Source: Mobula hypostoma (lineage: Eukaryota). From it: 64,000 bases of DNA. The stretch is taken from NCBI RefSeq assembly GCF_963921235.1, contig NC_086097.1, positions 232,192,001 to 232,256,000 of the forward strand, read 5' to 3'. Shown here one piece after another: positions 24,389 through 36,924 of this stretch. The notes below the pieces were generated by a model. That model ran no database searches, was not told the DNA's origin, and saw only the letters and a list, made by a program, of their open reading frames with translations. Every line of letters starts with the position of its first letter. Position 1 is the first letter of the stretch. Position numbers and translations under genes: made by a program.

Positions 24389-27300
24389 TCAGAACCCTGC
24401 CCCAGCCTTCCCTCCACACCCCCTGATCCCCGTAGCCACCAGGGCCATATCTAACTCACTCTTAAATATAGCCAATGAACTGGCCTCAACTGTTTCCTGT
24501 GGCAGAGAATTCTACAGATTCACCACTCTCTGTGTGAAGAAGTTTTTCCTAATCTTGGTCCTAAAAGGCTTCCCCTTTATCCTCAAACTGTGACCCCTCG
24601 TTCTGGACTTCCCCAACATCGGGAACAATCTTCCTGCATCTAGGCTGTCCAATCCCTTTAGGAGTTTATACGTTTCAATCAGATCTCCCTCAATCTTCTA
24701 AATTCCAATGAGTACAAGCCCAGTTCATCCAGTCTTTCTTCATATGAAAGTCCTGCCATCCCAGGAATCAATCTGGTGAACCTTTTTTGTACTCCCTCTA
24801 TGGCAAGGATGTCTTTCCTCAGATTAGGGGACCAAAACTGCACACAATACTCCAGGTGTGGTCTCACCAAGGCCTTGTACAACTGCAGTAGTACCTCCCT
24901 GCTCCTGTACTCGAATCCTCTCGCTATAAATGCCAGCATACCATTCGCCTTTTTCACCGCCTGCTGTACCTGCATGCCCACTTTCAATGACTGGTGTATA
25001 ATGACACCCAGGTCTCGTTGCACCTCCCCTTTTCCTAATCGGCCACCATTCAGATAATAATCTGTTTTCCTATTTTGCCACCAAAGTGGATAACTTCACA
25101 TTTATCCACATTAAATTGCATCTGCCATGAATTTTCCCACTCACCCAACCTATCCAAGTCACTCTGCATCCTCTTAGCATCCTCCTCACAGCTAACACTG
25201 CCACCCAGCTTCGTGTCATCCGCAAACTTGGAGATGCTGCATTTAATTCCCTCATCCAAGTCATTAATATATATTGTAAACAACTGGGGTCCCAGCACTG
25301 AGCCTTGCGGTACCCCACCAGTCACTGCCTGCCATTCTGAAAAGGTCCCGTTTATTCCCACTCTTTGCTTCCTGTCTGCCAACCAATTCTCTATCCACAT
25401 CAATACCTTACCCCCAGTACCATGTGCTTTAAGTTTGCACATTAATCTCCTGTGTGGGACCTTGTCAAAAGCCTTTTGAAAATCCAAATATACCACATCC
25501 ACTGGTTCTCCCCTATCCACTCTACCAGTTACATCCTCAAAAAATTCTATGAGATTCGTCAGACATGATTTTCCTTTCACAAATCCATGCTGACTTTGTC
25601 CGATGATTTCACCGCTTTCCAAATGTGCTGTTATCACATCTTTGATAACTGACTCCAGTAGTTTCCCCACCACTGACGTTAGGCTAACCGGTCTATAATT
25701 CCCTGGTTTCTCTCTCCCTCCTTTTTTAAAAAGTGGGGTTACATTAGCCACCCTCCAATCCTCAGGAACTAGTCCAGAATCTAACGAGTTTTGAAAAATT
25801 ATCACTAATGCATCCACTATTTCTTGGGCTACTTCCTTAAGCACTCTGGGATGCAGACCATCTGGCCCTGGGGATTTATCTGCCTTCAATCCCTTCAATT
25901 TACCTAACACCACTTCCCTACTAACATGTATTTCGCTCAGTTCCTCCATCTCACTGGACCCTCTGTCCCCTACTATTTCTGGAAGATTATTTATGTCCTC
26001 CTTAGTGAAGACAGAACCAAAGTAATTATTCAATTGGTCTGCCATGTCCTTGCTCCCCATAATCAATTCACCTGTTTCTGTCTGTAGGGGACCTACATTT
26101 GTCTTTACCAGTCTTTTCCTTTTTACATATCTATAAAAGCTTTTACAGTCAGTTTTTATGTTCCCTGCCAGTTTTCTCTCATAATCTTTTTTCCCCTTCC
26201 TAATTAAGCCCTTTGTCCTCCTCTGCTGAACTCTGAATTTCTCCCAGTCCTCAGGTGAGCCACTTTTTCTGGCTAATTTGTATGCTTCTTCTTTGGAATT
26301 GATAATATCCCTAATTTCTCTTGTCAGCCATGGGTGCACTACCTTCCTTGATTTATTCTTTTGCCAAACTGGGATGAACAATTGTTGTAGTTCATCCATG
26401 CAATCTTTAAATGCTTGCCATTGCATATCCACCGTCAATCCTTTAAGTGTCATTTGCCAGTCTATTTTAAGTAATTCACGTCTCATACCTTCAAAGTTAC
26501 CCCTCTTTAAGTTCAGAACCTTTGTTTCTGAATTAACTATGTCACTCTCCATCTTAATGAAGAATTCCACCATATTATGGTCACTCTTACCCAAGGGGCC
26601 TCTCACGACAAGATTGTTAATTAACCCTTCCTCATTGCTCAAAACCCAGTCCAGAATAGCCTGCTCTCTAGTTGGTTCCTCGACATGTTGGTTCAAAAAA
26701 CCATCCCGCATACATTCCAAGAAATCCTCTTCCTCAGCACCTTTACCAATTTGGTTCATCCAATCTACATGTAGATTGAAGTCACCCATTATAACTGTTG
26801 CTCCTTTATTGCACACATTTCTAATTTCCTGTTTAATACCATCTCTGACCTCACTACTACTGTTAGGTGGCCTGTACACAACTCCCACCAGCGTTTTCTG
26901 CCCCTTAGTGCTACGCAGCTCTACCCATATCGATTCCACATCTTCCCGGCTTATGTCCTTCCTTTCTATTGCGTTAATCTCCTCTTTAACCAGCAACGCC
27001 ACCCCACCTCCTTTTCTTTCATGTCTATCCCTCCTGAATATTGAATATCCCTGAACGTTGAGCTCTCATCCTTGGTCACCCTGGAGCCATGTCTCTGTGA
27101 TCCCAACTATATCATAATCATTAATAACAATCTGCACTTTCAATTCATCCACCTTGTTACGAATGCTCCTTGCATTGACACACAAAGCCTTCAGGCGCTC
27201 TTTTACAACTCTCTTAGCCTTTATACAATTATGTTGAAAAGTGGCCCTTTTTAATGCTTGCCCTGGATTTGTCGGCCAGCCACTTTTACTTTTCTCCTTA

Positions 27301-27419
27301 GTACTTTTTGCTTCTGCCCTCACTTTACACCCCTCTGTCTCTCTGCACTCTTTCCCATCCCCCTGTTGTGAACTAACCTCCTCACGCCTAGCCTCTTTAA
27401 TTTGATTCCCACCCCCCAA
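24389..27419 (-). pseudogene. CR1 ORF2 (APE endonuclease plus reverse transcriptase) with three lesions
   Basis: NARSI, GITETWL, YRPP, GDFN, SDH; NYRPVSLTS, YLDFQKAFD, VPQGSVLGP, FADDTK. In-frame TGA at 27066-27068, and 1-nt deletions near 25072 and 24686 relative to the copy at 62015-63000. Confidence 0.93.
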
Positions 27420-27424
27420 CCATT

Positions 27425-27580
27425 CTAGTTTAAAGTCACCTCAGTAGCCCTCACTAATCTCCCTGCCAGGATATTGGTCCCCCTAGGATTCAAGTGTAAC
27501 CCGTCCTTTTTGTACAGGTCACGCCTGCGCCAAAAGAGGTCCCAATGATCCAAAAACTTGAATCCCTGCCCCCTGCTCCA
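27425..27580 (-). pseudogene. CR1 ORF1 C-terminus (SGNH/GDSL esterase-like)
   Basis: Manual translation WSRGQGFKFLDHWDLFWRRRDLYKKDGLHLNPRGTNILAGRL* includes the DGLH block-V motif. Confidence 0.85.
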
Positions 27581-28940
27581 ATTAGAGCATAAGGACAAAC
27601 ACAATAAATATAGTTATATAAGACTTAGTTTATATACCCTACGTAGACTGATTGCATGTACATAAAGTGATGGCGTATATTGAAACATACAGTGAAATGC
27701 GCCTTTTGCTTTAACAACCAATACATCTGAGGGTGTGAGGGAGGCAGCCTGCAAATGTTGCCATACACTCCAGCTGCAAAATAGCATGCCTACAATGTTC
27801 AGCAGAATAACACAGAACACAGCAAGCAACAAAACAACAACAACAACAGCAAAGCAAGCTCTGTTTCTCCCTCCCACTCTAGCGCATACACAATTCTTTA
27901 ACCCCAGGGCAGACCATCTTTTTTGGCCTCCAGCCGCCAGCTGTCTCAGACTCAGACTCAGATTTGGATTTATGCCTGCAGACATTGGGCTTTTACTTCC
28001 TGACTTCCGATTCAGCTCTCGAGCCTCCATCTTCAGCATCAATCCCAGGACAAGCTGATTAAAGAACGCCAGACCCAAACTCCAGACTCGCAATGTTGGC
28101 GCCCCAAAAACTAGGTCTCAAACTCTGGTCTCACCGATTTGCTATCACCGATCTTCACACCAGCCTCAACACGGGACCAGAAGTGAATTCTGGCTGTGAC
28201 GTTATCACCTTCCTCAGCAGTTCATTTTCATTCATTGTGCTCTCTGTAGGAAGTGACATTATAATTCTCCAGGAATTAACTACTAACCTTTATGAAGTCT
28301 GCATCCTAAAAATTAACCGGACAGTTTTTCCGTCTAAGTGAAATAAGTCTGACCTCACTTTCTCCTGGGAACTCTCTGGAACTGGATGAAAGTGAAGTTC
28401 GCCCTTGATTGGTTTCTTTCTGAAGATTACTTGTTTGATATTTCTATATATAGAGCAGACCTGCCCACACATCCCTGGCAAGCACATTCTTTCATTAGCT
28501 CTGATGAATGGTCACCCACTGATCTCCGAATGTCTGGTTACTGAATGCCCAGTTCATCTCTCATGTGGATGTGGGTTCTGAGAACAAGTTTATCTTTACT
28601 CTATGTCTCATTCCATCCTGACTGAATCACACTCTGCATTGACTCATCTTGTCTGGAAACTTCTTCAATCCCTTGCATTAATAGCTGAGAGAATGGAATA
28701 TCATTTGTCATATTGATTAGTTAAGCTCAGCATCTTCGTGCGTCTCCTTCTATTGAATCCTTATGCTAGATGCCCTCATCCTCACTTGGATTCTCTATAA
28801 CGTTTTTGCGACTCTTTGGAGGGGCTAAAAAAAAAACAGCAATCTCAAGTGGCTTCTGACTGCTTTCAGTTCTCACATACATATACTGGTGAAACTTCTT
28901 CAATCCAAAGAGTTGATAGAATATTGAAACAGGAATTATT

Positions 28941-29196
28941 TAACTCCAAACCCAGCTGCAAAAGGAGGAGGGTTGGGCCTGGGGCCTGGGGCCTGGGGCC
29001 CGGGGCTAGCCACCCCATCCTATGAAAACCCAGAGCTGCAGAAGCTCTAAAGGTCTCATCCCTGGGAGAGGAGGGATACACCAAGAAGATGGGCCACACC
29101 CAGAAACGATGTGAAAGAATGCCCCGGGACAGAGGGCACTGGCGAGCTACTGTTGGCGGCCTGTGCCCCAGCAGGGGTGATGGGCTTAAGAAGAAG
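28941..29196 (+). mobile_element. RTE (Perere-3/SR2-like) derived SINE with a twister-like remnant at its 5' end
   Basis: AAAGGAGGAGGGTTGGGC...GGGGCTAGCCACCCCATCC leader; RTE-type 3' end (..RDRGHWRATVGGLCPSRGDG); short (AAG)n tail. Confidence 0.65.
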
Positions 29197-29980
29197 GTGT
29201 ACAGTTCTGCTTGCAATTTTATAGGAAGGACGTGATTAAGCTAGACTGGGTGTAGAGAAGTTTCGCAAGGATGTTGCTGATACTGAAGGAACTGAGTTAT
29301 AAGGAGAAATTTGGTACGGTGAGAGTTCATTCCATGAAACAAACATTAACTTTGTAGAATTTTATCAAACCATGAGGAGCATAGGTAAGGATGGTCTCAG
29401 TCTTTTTCCCATGGTAGGGAAACTAGAACTAGGCTAAGGCTGAAGGGTGAAACATTTAAGATGGGATCTGAGGGGGATCCTCTTCATTCATAGAGTGTGG
29501 AATAATCTGCCAGTGGAAGTGGTGGACATGAGTTCGATTACAACATCTAAGAGAAATTTGGATCGTTACATGGATGGGAGGGGATTGGGTGGCTATGGTT
29601 CAGGCGTGAGTCAATGGTACCAGGCAGAAATACAGTCTGGCACAGACTAGATGGGCAGAAGGGTCTGGTCTGTGCTATAATGCTGTTTGACTCTATAAAG
29701 CTAGACAGCATTGATCTGAGGTGAGAGGGAAAAGCAAGATGAGAGGCAAGTTCTCACACAGCTGGATGAATGGAACAAGTGGCTAGAGCAAGTGGCAGAG
29801 ACAGGTACCATTGCAATGAACAGACATTTGGACAGGCTCATGAAGAGGAACACCTTAAAGGGATATTTGCGACATGCAGGTGAAAGGCTCCAGCTCAGGA
29901 AGGCACCCTAGTTTGCATGGAAAGCCGAGGTGAAGGGTCTTTTACATGTTGTATAATCCTACGTCCCCATGACTCTATCA
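29197..29980 (+). mobile_element. Old CR1 3' fragments
   Basis: RVWNNLPVEVVD.SSITTSKRNLDRYMDGRGLGGYG and CR1-type tails. Confidence 0.7.
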
Positions 29981-30836
29981 CAGCAACTGGCCCCTTTGCA
30001 AAAGCCTTAGACACATCTATATAGCCAGGGTCATAGATTCATAGAAACAGGCCCTTTGCCCATCTAGTCCATCGATCTGCGCTGGGACCATAGTCCTCCA
30101 TACCGCTATCGTCCTTGTACCTATCCAAACTTCTCTTAAATGTTGACATCAAATTCGAAATCTAGGGTGCCCAACATTTTTGCACAGGGCTATATGTACT
30201 TTGATAACAAATTTACATTGAATGGTTTGGTGGTTCCGAGAATTAATTCCAACATCTAAGGCACTGATAAACCACTGCAGAGCAATGTAAAGAATCAATT
30301 GTATCATGTCTTATACAATTTTCTCCCTTTATGATCATTTGATACATTGGTCACAATAGAAGAATTTTGCACCATCCGGTAAAGCCCCCTGAGGCCCAAT
30401 GAGATTCTGAAGAATGTATTAGATCCATTAAAATAATGTACCAAGTCTCCTAAAAATTAGATTGTATATTATACGTAAAGAGTGGGCCAACTCGACCATT
30501 CAATTAACATTGTAACTGTTCCGATTGTTAACTGCTGACTGTTGCTAGATTTTTACATACATTCAGGAACAGAGAAGATAGAGCTTGATAGAGCTAAAAA
30601 CTGAGTTGGAGAAATTGACTTAAGAAGAAATAATCGTACATGTACACCCGCTCTTGAAAATCCAGCTTGATGTGTGTTCAGAAATAAAGTAGCAAACTGA
30701 GGGAATGAACCTCAATCTGCTGATGGCTCATTGATGAGAGCCACTATTCAATAAAGATTTTTAAAGATCCTTAAAGATAAAAATTGCCTATATTTGTCAC
30801 ATGTATATCAAAATATACTATACAGTGAAATGAATG

Positions 30837-31215
30837 CAACATACACAAAATGTTGGAGAAACTCAGCGGGTCAGGCAGCATCTATGGAAAAGAGTAAACA
30901 GTCGATGTTTCTGGCCAAGACCCTTCATCAGGACTGGAAAAAAAAGATGAGGTCAGAGTAAGAAGCTGGGTGGAGGGGAGGAAGGAGTACAAGGTAGTAG
31001 GTGAAACCGGGGGGAGGGGAGGGGTGAAGTAAAGAGCTGGGAAGTCAATTGAGGAAGGAGACAAGAGGGACGGAGAAAGAGGAATCTGATAGGAGAGGAT
31101 GGAAGACCATGGAAGGGAAGGGGGAAGAGCACCAGAGGGAGGTATTGAGCAGGTAAGGAGGGAAGATGAGAGAGGGAAATTGAAATGGGGAATGGTGAAG
31201 CAGAGGGGGCAGTCA
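30837..31215 (-). mobile_element. Penelope 3' UTR and pLTR
   Basis: Similar to 50962-51350; contains the best-preserved hammerhead of this family. Confidence 0.8.
30899..30936 (-). ncRNA. Minimal type I hammerhead ribozyme (Penelope pLTR)
   Basis: Minus strand CAGTC-CTGATGA-AGGGTCTTGGCCA-GAAAC-ATC-GACTG: perfect 5-bp stem I, intact core, AUC cleavage triplet. Confidence 0.7.
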
Positions 31216-32176
31216 AATGAGATGTGCAATTGTGTCAACAGCCAACACTGTCCAAGGATATGCTGGTGGCAGTCTGCAAGTGCCACTATCCTTCTGGCAC
31301 CAACATAGCAAGCCCAGAATTTACCAACCTGTAAGCCTTTGGAAAGCAGGAGGAAGCTGGAGCACCCGGTGGTCATGAGGAGAACTTACAAACGCCTTAC
31401 AGACAGCAGTAGGAACGGAACAGTGTTCGCTGGTACAACAAGGCATTACGCCAACCACTACGCTATTGTGCCCCTCTGTAAGTCAATAGGAAATGTTTTG
31501 GTAGTTCTGAGATGATTGAAAAAGTTCAGAGTACAAGAAAAGAATTCTGACATGGGAGCTTGCTCGCGCTTAATGTATTCCAGCACAACATCTGGACAAT
31601 GTTACTTGGAATCAGAGGAATTTCAGAAATGACCGAGTGTTGCATTTGAAGCTCTCAGCAGGGCAAATTCCAAGTGACATATGGGTACTTGCAGAAGGAG
31701 AAACACTGGAAGTGTCACAGTTAGGCCATGAATAGTGGTTGCGAACCTTCAGCTGATGCAGGGAGAAACAACCGAAGCCAAACGAAAAGAAGGTGAATGG
31801 GTCACATGATCACCAGCGATGATCTGAAGGCAGATCAAGTCAAAGTTGTGGCAAGTAAGGAGAAGCGAAGCCCTAAAATTTCTGGCGTTTGTCAACTCTC
31901 TGAGCAAATCCCTGCCCCATCCGAAGAAGGTGTGTGATTTTGCCAGCTGCCTAGCAGGGGATGTGGACGAGTGTTGGCCAGGTGATCGTAGTCATGCAGT
32001 CAAATCAATAATCAATAAATCACACAGTCAAATCAATAATTAAGGAGACAATCAAATACAAACTATGTTCTAATGCTTTGGTGATAATATGGAGTTACTA
32101 CCACAGGCAGATACATCAGCAGTCCTGCGGGAGGGTCAGTTGATAACATATACAAGTAGAGTTCCAATGAACATTG

Positions 32177-32900
32177 AGGCTGTGCAAAAGGTTTACACAG
32201 ACAGACACACACACACAAATATATAGCTCGGGTGCCTAAGGCTTTTGCACAGAACTGTAGTAATTTTATGTATTGCACTATTATTCCTGCCACAATAAAA
32301 AACAGATTTCACCAAAGCAGTATGCACCCATATTGTACTGTCTCAGTACTTTTATATTTGTGTGCTGTAGCACTTACTTTTTATTTGTAGTTATTTTGTA
32401 AATAACACTATTCTTTGCATTTCTGGTTAGATGCTAATTGCATTTCATTGGCTTTGTATCTGTACTCGGCACAATGACAATAAAGTTGAATCTAATCTAA
32501 TGTGTGAGTGATGATAAACCTGATTCTGATATGGGTCTCTATTGGGTTTGGAGAGTGGGAAGGGGGCAGGGAGAGGGGAATCGTGGTTGGAAAAGGGGTA
32601 AGGGAGAGGGGAGGGAGCAGGAAACACCCGAGAGACATTCTGTAATGATCAATAAACCAATTGTTTGGAACATAATGACCTTGCCTGGTGTCTCAGGGCT
32701 GGGTGTGTCTGCACCCCCACCATCCCAGCCCCAGTACTCCTTCTCTGCCATCTTTCCCACACCCCTCCCGCACTGCACCACTCTCGCCATTCCCAACATC
32801 CTTTGCTCCTGCCAGATTTACAGACTCACTCTCTGCTCCACGTTGACATATACAGTACTGTGCAAAACATACATATGTGCCTAAGACTTTTACACAGTAC
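32177..32900. mobile_element. Composite repeat bounded by Tc1-like MITE units
   Basis: CTGTGCAAAA...GTGCCTAAG(G/A)CTTTT(G/A)CACAG palindromic units at ~32180-32278 and ~32852-32900; a similar unit at ~29995-30193 is split by a CR1 scrap. Confidence 0.55.
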
Positions 32901-35869
32901 ATCATACCTGTAAAAACAAACTTTAATAAACTACTGAATGGAAGTACTCTTTGTTAAACTGCACAGACTGCCACTGTTGTAGCAGTGTGGGTAGAATTCT
33001 GTATGGCCCGATGTTCTGTGCACAAATGGACCCAGTGTCTGCACTCATAGGAAATTCCTCACAAAGAGAGGAAATGCAACTCTTTCTTGGGAGAAACGAG
33101 TGTTTAAGCTACTTCACTCTCTGCACCGATGCCCAGGAGAGATAAAACATGAGAAAAGACCTCCAGTTCCTCTTCTACATTGTTGTTCTTTGTGGTTTGC
33201 CCTCATCCTGAGTCTCTGTTCACAGCTACGGTGCTGGCTCTATCAGTGCAGCAGATGAGATTAAAATACAAACAAGTTCACACATGTTTACAATAGAAAA
33301 CGTTACCATGTGTTTGGAACATGCATATATTTTTCACTTTGGTGTATCTGGAGCCTGTGCATTCTGTCTGTGAACACAAAGCGAGCGGGGAAACTGTGAA
33401 AAAAACTCATTATTATTCAACATAGTCAGGGCACATCAATCAGCCACTGTGAAAATAGAATCAGAAAGGGAAGCATACTTATAGCAAATCATAAATAAGA
33501 TTGCTTTTAAATCATTGAAATTTCAAACACTGGAGTACTAAACATCCTATTGAATATATTTTCCTTAATTCATCAAGCAGGAAATGCCCATCTTGCCAAA
33601 TAATTAATGTTTGGAAGGATTGTGGAATGTGGGATTGTTGTTCCACAGCAGCCTTTCAACAGGTCCTGCAACACACTGATTTTTTATTAAAACTGAAAAT
33701 AAAGTGAATAAAATTATTATTATAAACATAGCTCTTTTCTTCAAATTGAAAATAAAGGCTGTTTCTTTAGTGTAAGGTTTGTATAATACTGCCACCATCC
33801 TCCTGTTTCTTTCACCTGATTGGATAGTTACATGAAGCATGAAGGTTGCAGCTTTAGAAGCAGTGAATGTGAACAAATTACATATAAGTGATATAATTTT
33901 ATGCTTCCACTGTCCTTATTTAAATTCTGGTTCCCATCTGATTCTCTGTGATGGAAGACGCTGAGGTGTTAATGGATCACAGATCAGTTAAACGTACCTC
34001 ATGGAAATCAAAAATCAGAAACAGAAACTACATAGCAGGTCAGGATGCATCTGTGGGAAGAGAAGCAGATTTAATGTTTCAGGAAAGACTTTAAGATTCA
34101 GATTCATGTTTATTATCACCGGCATATGACGTGAAATTTGTTAACTTAGCTGTAGCAGTTCAGTGCAATACATAATATAGAAGAAAAAAATAAAAATAAT
34201 AATAATAATAAGTAAATCAATTACAGTATACATATATCACACAGATTAAAAAACATGCAAAAACAGAAATACTGCATATTAAAAAAAAGTGAGGTAGTTC
34301 ATTAACAACCAACACACACAAGAATATGTTAAGGGCAGCCTGCAAGTTTCACCACATGTCCCGGGGCCAACAATGGCCACAAGTTCAGCAGAACTACAGT
34401 AAAACAAACCTCTTGCTCACCCTCCCTCAACCCACCACCACACTCAGCTACCTGACTTGCATGGACCTCCGACCCCATTGACCCAGGCTCCCCTGACCCC
34501 TTTGGGCCTTTAGCTTCAGTCTTTGACCTCCAGGCTTCTGCCTCTGTTTCATTGATGCTGTTACATTAACTCCTTCTTCTCCCACAATCATGCCTCATAA
34601 TTGTTCCTCAATTCCTTTGTAGGGGAGACAACTACAATATGACAATCAAAAAACTGCAGACGTGGAAAATCTGAAATAAAATCAAAACTGTTGGAAAAGC
34701 TTAGTAAGTCAGGCAGTATCTGTGGAAATTGAAACAGAGTTAACATTTCAATTTGAAGTGTCTTCAAATTATCTTGTCACAGGTGCTGCCTGACCTGCTG
34801 AGTGTTTCAATATTTACCGTTTTATAACAAAGACTAAAGGCCCGAATTCCTCATCTTCCCTCCACTAATGTGCCTTCGTTAACCAGGATTCCCACCCCAC
34901 AACTTGATTTCATCCATTCACTCTGCAATGGCTAGATGAGTGGATGACTCCCTTTCAAGGACTATTCATCTCAGATTCTCAAAAGTCAATGTTTCTTTAT
35001 TTCTTTCTTTATTTATTTTTGCATTTTCATAGTTTGTTGTCTTTTACATATTGGTTGAATGGCCAAGTTGGTGTGGTCTTTCTTTGATGCTGTTATAGTT
35101 ATTATCGTATGAACTTATTGAACATGCCTGGAGGAAATAACTCTCAGGGTTGTATATATATGTACTTGGATAATAAATTTACTTTGTACTTTGAGGAGCC
35201 TGGGTGAGCAGAAAGTTTGCATGGCCTATTCTACTCTGCAGACAGCTTTGAGCTTTCCACACAATTGAATTTTGTGTAAGGGGCAGGGGTCATGCACAAA
35301 ACATGTCATTTAATGGGTGCAAACTTTCTACTGATTACCCACCACCGTGCTAGCTCTATGTGAATCCAATGCTTCCTGACCCCGAGGGGCAGTGTAAAAT
35401 CTCCAACTGGAAAGAGAAAGCCGTCAGCTCCAGGTCCCAGATTTCCTTGCTCATCAATCTCGCTCAGAGGAAAAGTGTAATGGGACCGTCGTGAGTCTGT
35501 AACAGAAGCAGGCAAAAGAAGCCTGGAAACAAATGATACAAAATTACCCAGAAAGTAGCCCGAAGTTCTCTTGTAAAGCACAGTGATGCCGTATGTTTCC
35601 CAGAGGAACTTTATTAAAAACTTGATCGCTCCGTTCAATTAGATCATAAGACTGTAAGACATAGGAGCAGAATTAGGCCATTCAGCCTATCGAGTCTCCT
35701 CCACCATTTGATCATGGCTGATTGATTCTCCTTCTCGACCCCGTTCTTCTGCCTCCTTCCATGTCCTTTGATGCCCTGACTAATTAAGAAACTAAATATA
35801 CTCAAAGACTTGGCCACCACAGCCATCCACAGCAATGAATCCCATAGAATCAACCACCCTCTACAATAA

Positions 35870-36600
35870 GCAGACACAAAACGCTGGAGGAACTCAGCAG
35901 GCCAGGCAGCACCAATGGAACAGAGTAAACAGTCGACGTTTCGGGCCGAGAGCCTTTGGCAGGACTGGGGGAGAAAAAGCTGAGGAGTAGATTTAAAATG
36001 TAGGGGGGAGGGGAGAGAGGAACACAAGGTGATAGGTGAAACCTGGAGGGGGAGGGATGAAGTAAAGAGCCGGGAGTGATTGGTGAAAGAGACACAGGGC
36101 TGGAGAAGGGGGAGTCTGATAGAAGAGGACAGAAGGCCATGGAAGAAAGAGAAGGGGGGAGGAGCACCAGAAGGAGGTGATGGGCAGGCAGGGAGATAAG
36201 GTGACAGAGGGAAAAGGTGATGGGGAAAGGTGAAGGAGGGAGGGGAAAGGGCATTATTAGAAGTTCAAGAAATCCATGTTCATGCCATTCCTACACAGAC
36301 GGAATATAAGATGTTGTTGCACCAACCTGAGTGTGGCCTCTTCACGACAGTGGAGGAGGCCATGCATAGACATGTCGGAATGGGAATCGGAAGTGGAATT
36401 AAAATGGGTGTCCACTGCGAGATTCCACATTTTCTGGTAGGTGCTTGGCTAAGCGGTCGCCCAATCTACATCAGGACTCACCGATATACAGGAGGCCACA
36501 CCGGGAGCACCAGGCACAGTATATGACCCCAACAGACTCACAGGTGAAGTGCCTGGAAGGACTGTTTGGGGACCTGAATGAGGGAGGAGATGTAAGGGCA
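35870..36600 (-). mobile_element. Penelope GIY-YIG end, 3' UTR and pLTR
   Basis: Colinear with 50962-51720; hammerhead core mutated (CTGCCAA). Confidence 0.85.
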
Positions 36601-36924
36601 CCTTAAAAAACCCTTAATCTTGTTATTTCATGCTCTTGTTATTAATAGCTATTTACTTATGTTAGCATTTGCAGAGTTTGTTGTCCTGTGCACTCTGGTT
36701 GATCTTTCATTGATCCTGTTATCTTTACTATTCTGTAGATTCGCTGAGAGTTTCCACAGAAAAAAGAATTTCAGGGTTGTATATGCTGACGTGTATGTAC
36801 TCTGATAACCTTGGGGAACTCTGCAAGGTGAAAGGACAGCTGTATTCTAAACAAGAGTGAGAATTTTTTTTTAAAATCCAGATGCCAGAAATCTTAGATC
36901 AAAAACAGAAAATGCCACAAGTAC

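Larger units (their letters stand above)
24297..27581 (-). mobile_element. Young CR1 LINE, 5'-truncated within ORF1
   Basis: ORF1 tail, full ORF2 span, 3' UTR and (TTTCTATG)n tail. Confidence 0.95.

Noticed and set aside
26278..27054. 258-aa plus-strand ORF and similar antisense ORFs over CR1, Rex1 and Penelope
   Set aside because: Shadow frames of retroelement coding sequence.
35306..35638. 110-aa minus-strand ORF
   Set aside because: No recognisable domain, non-ATG start, no splice support.
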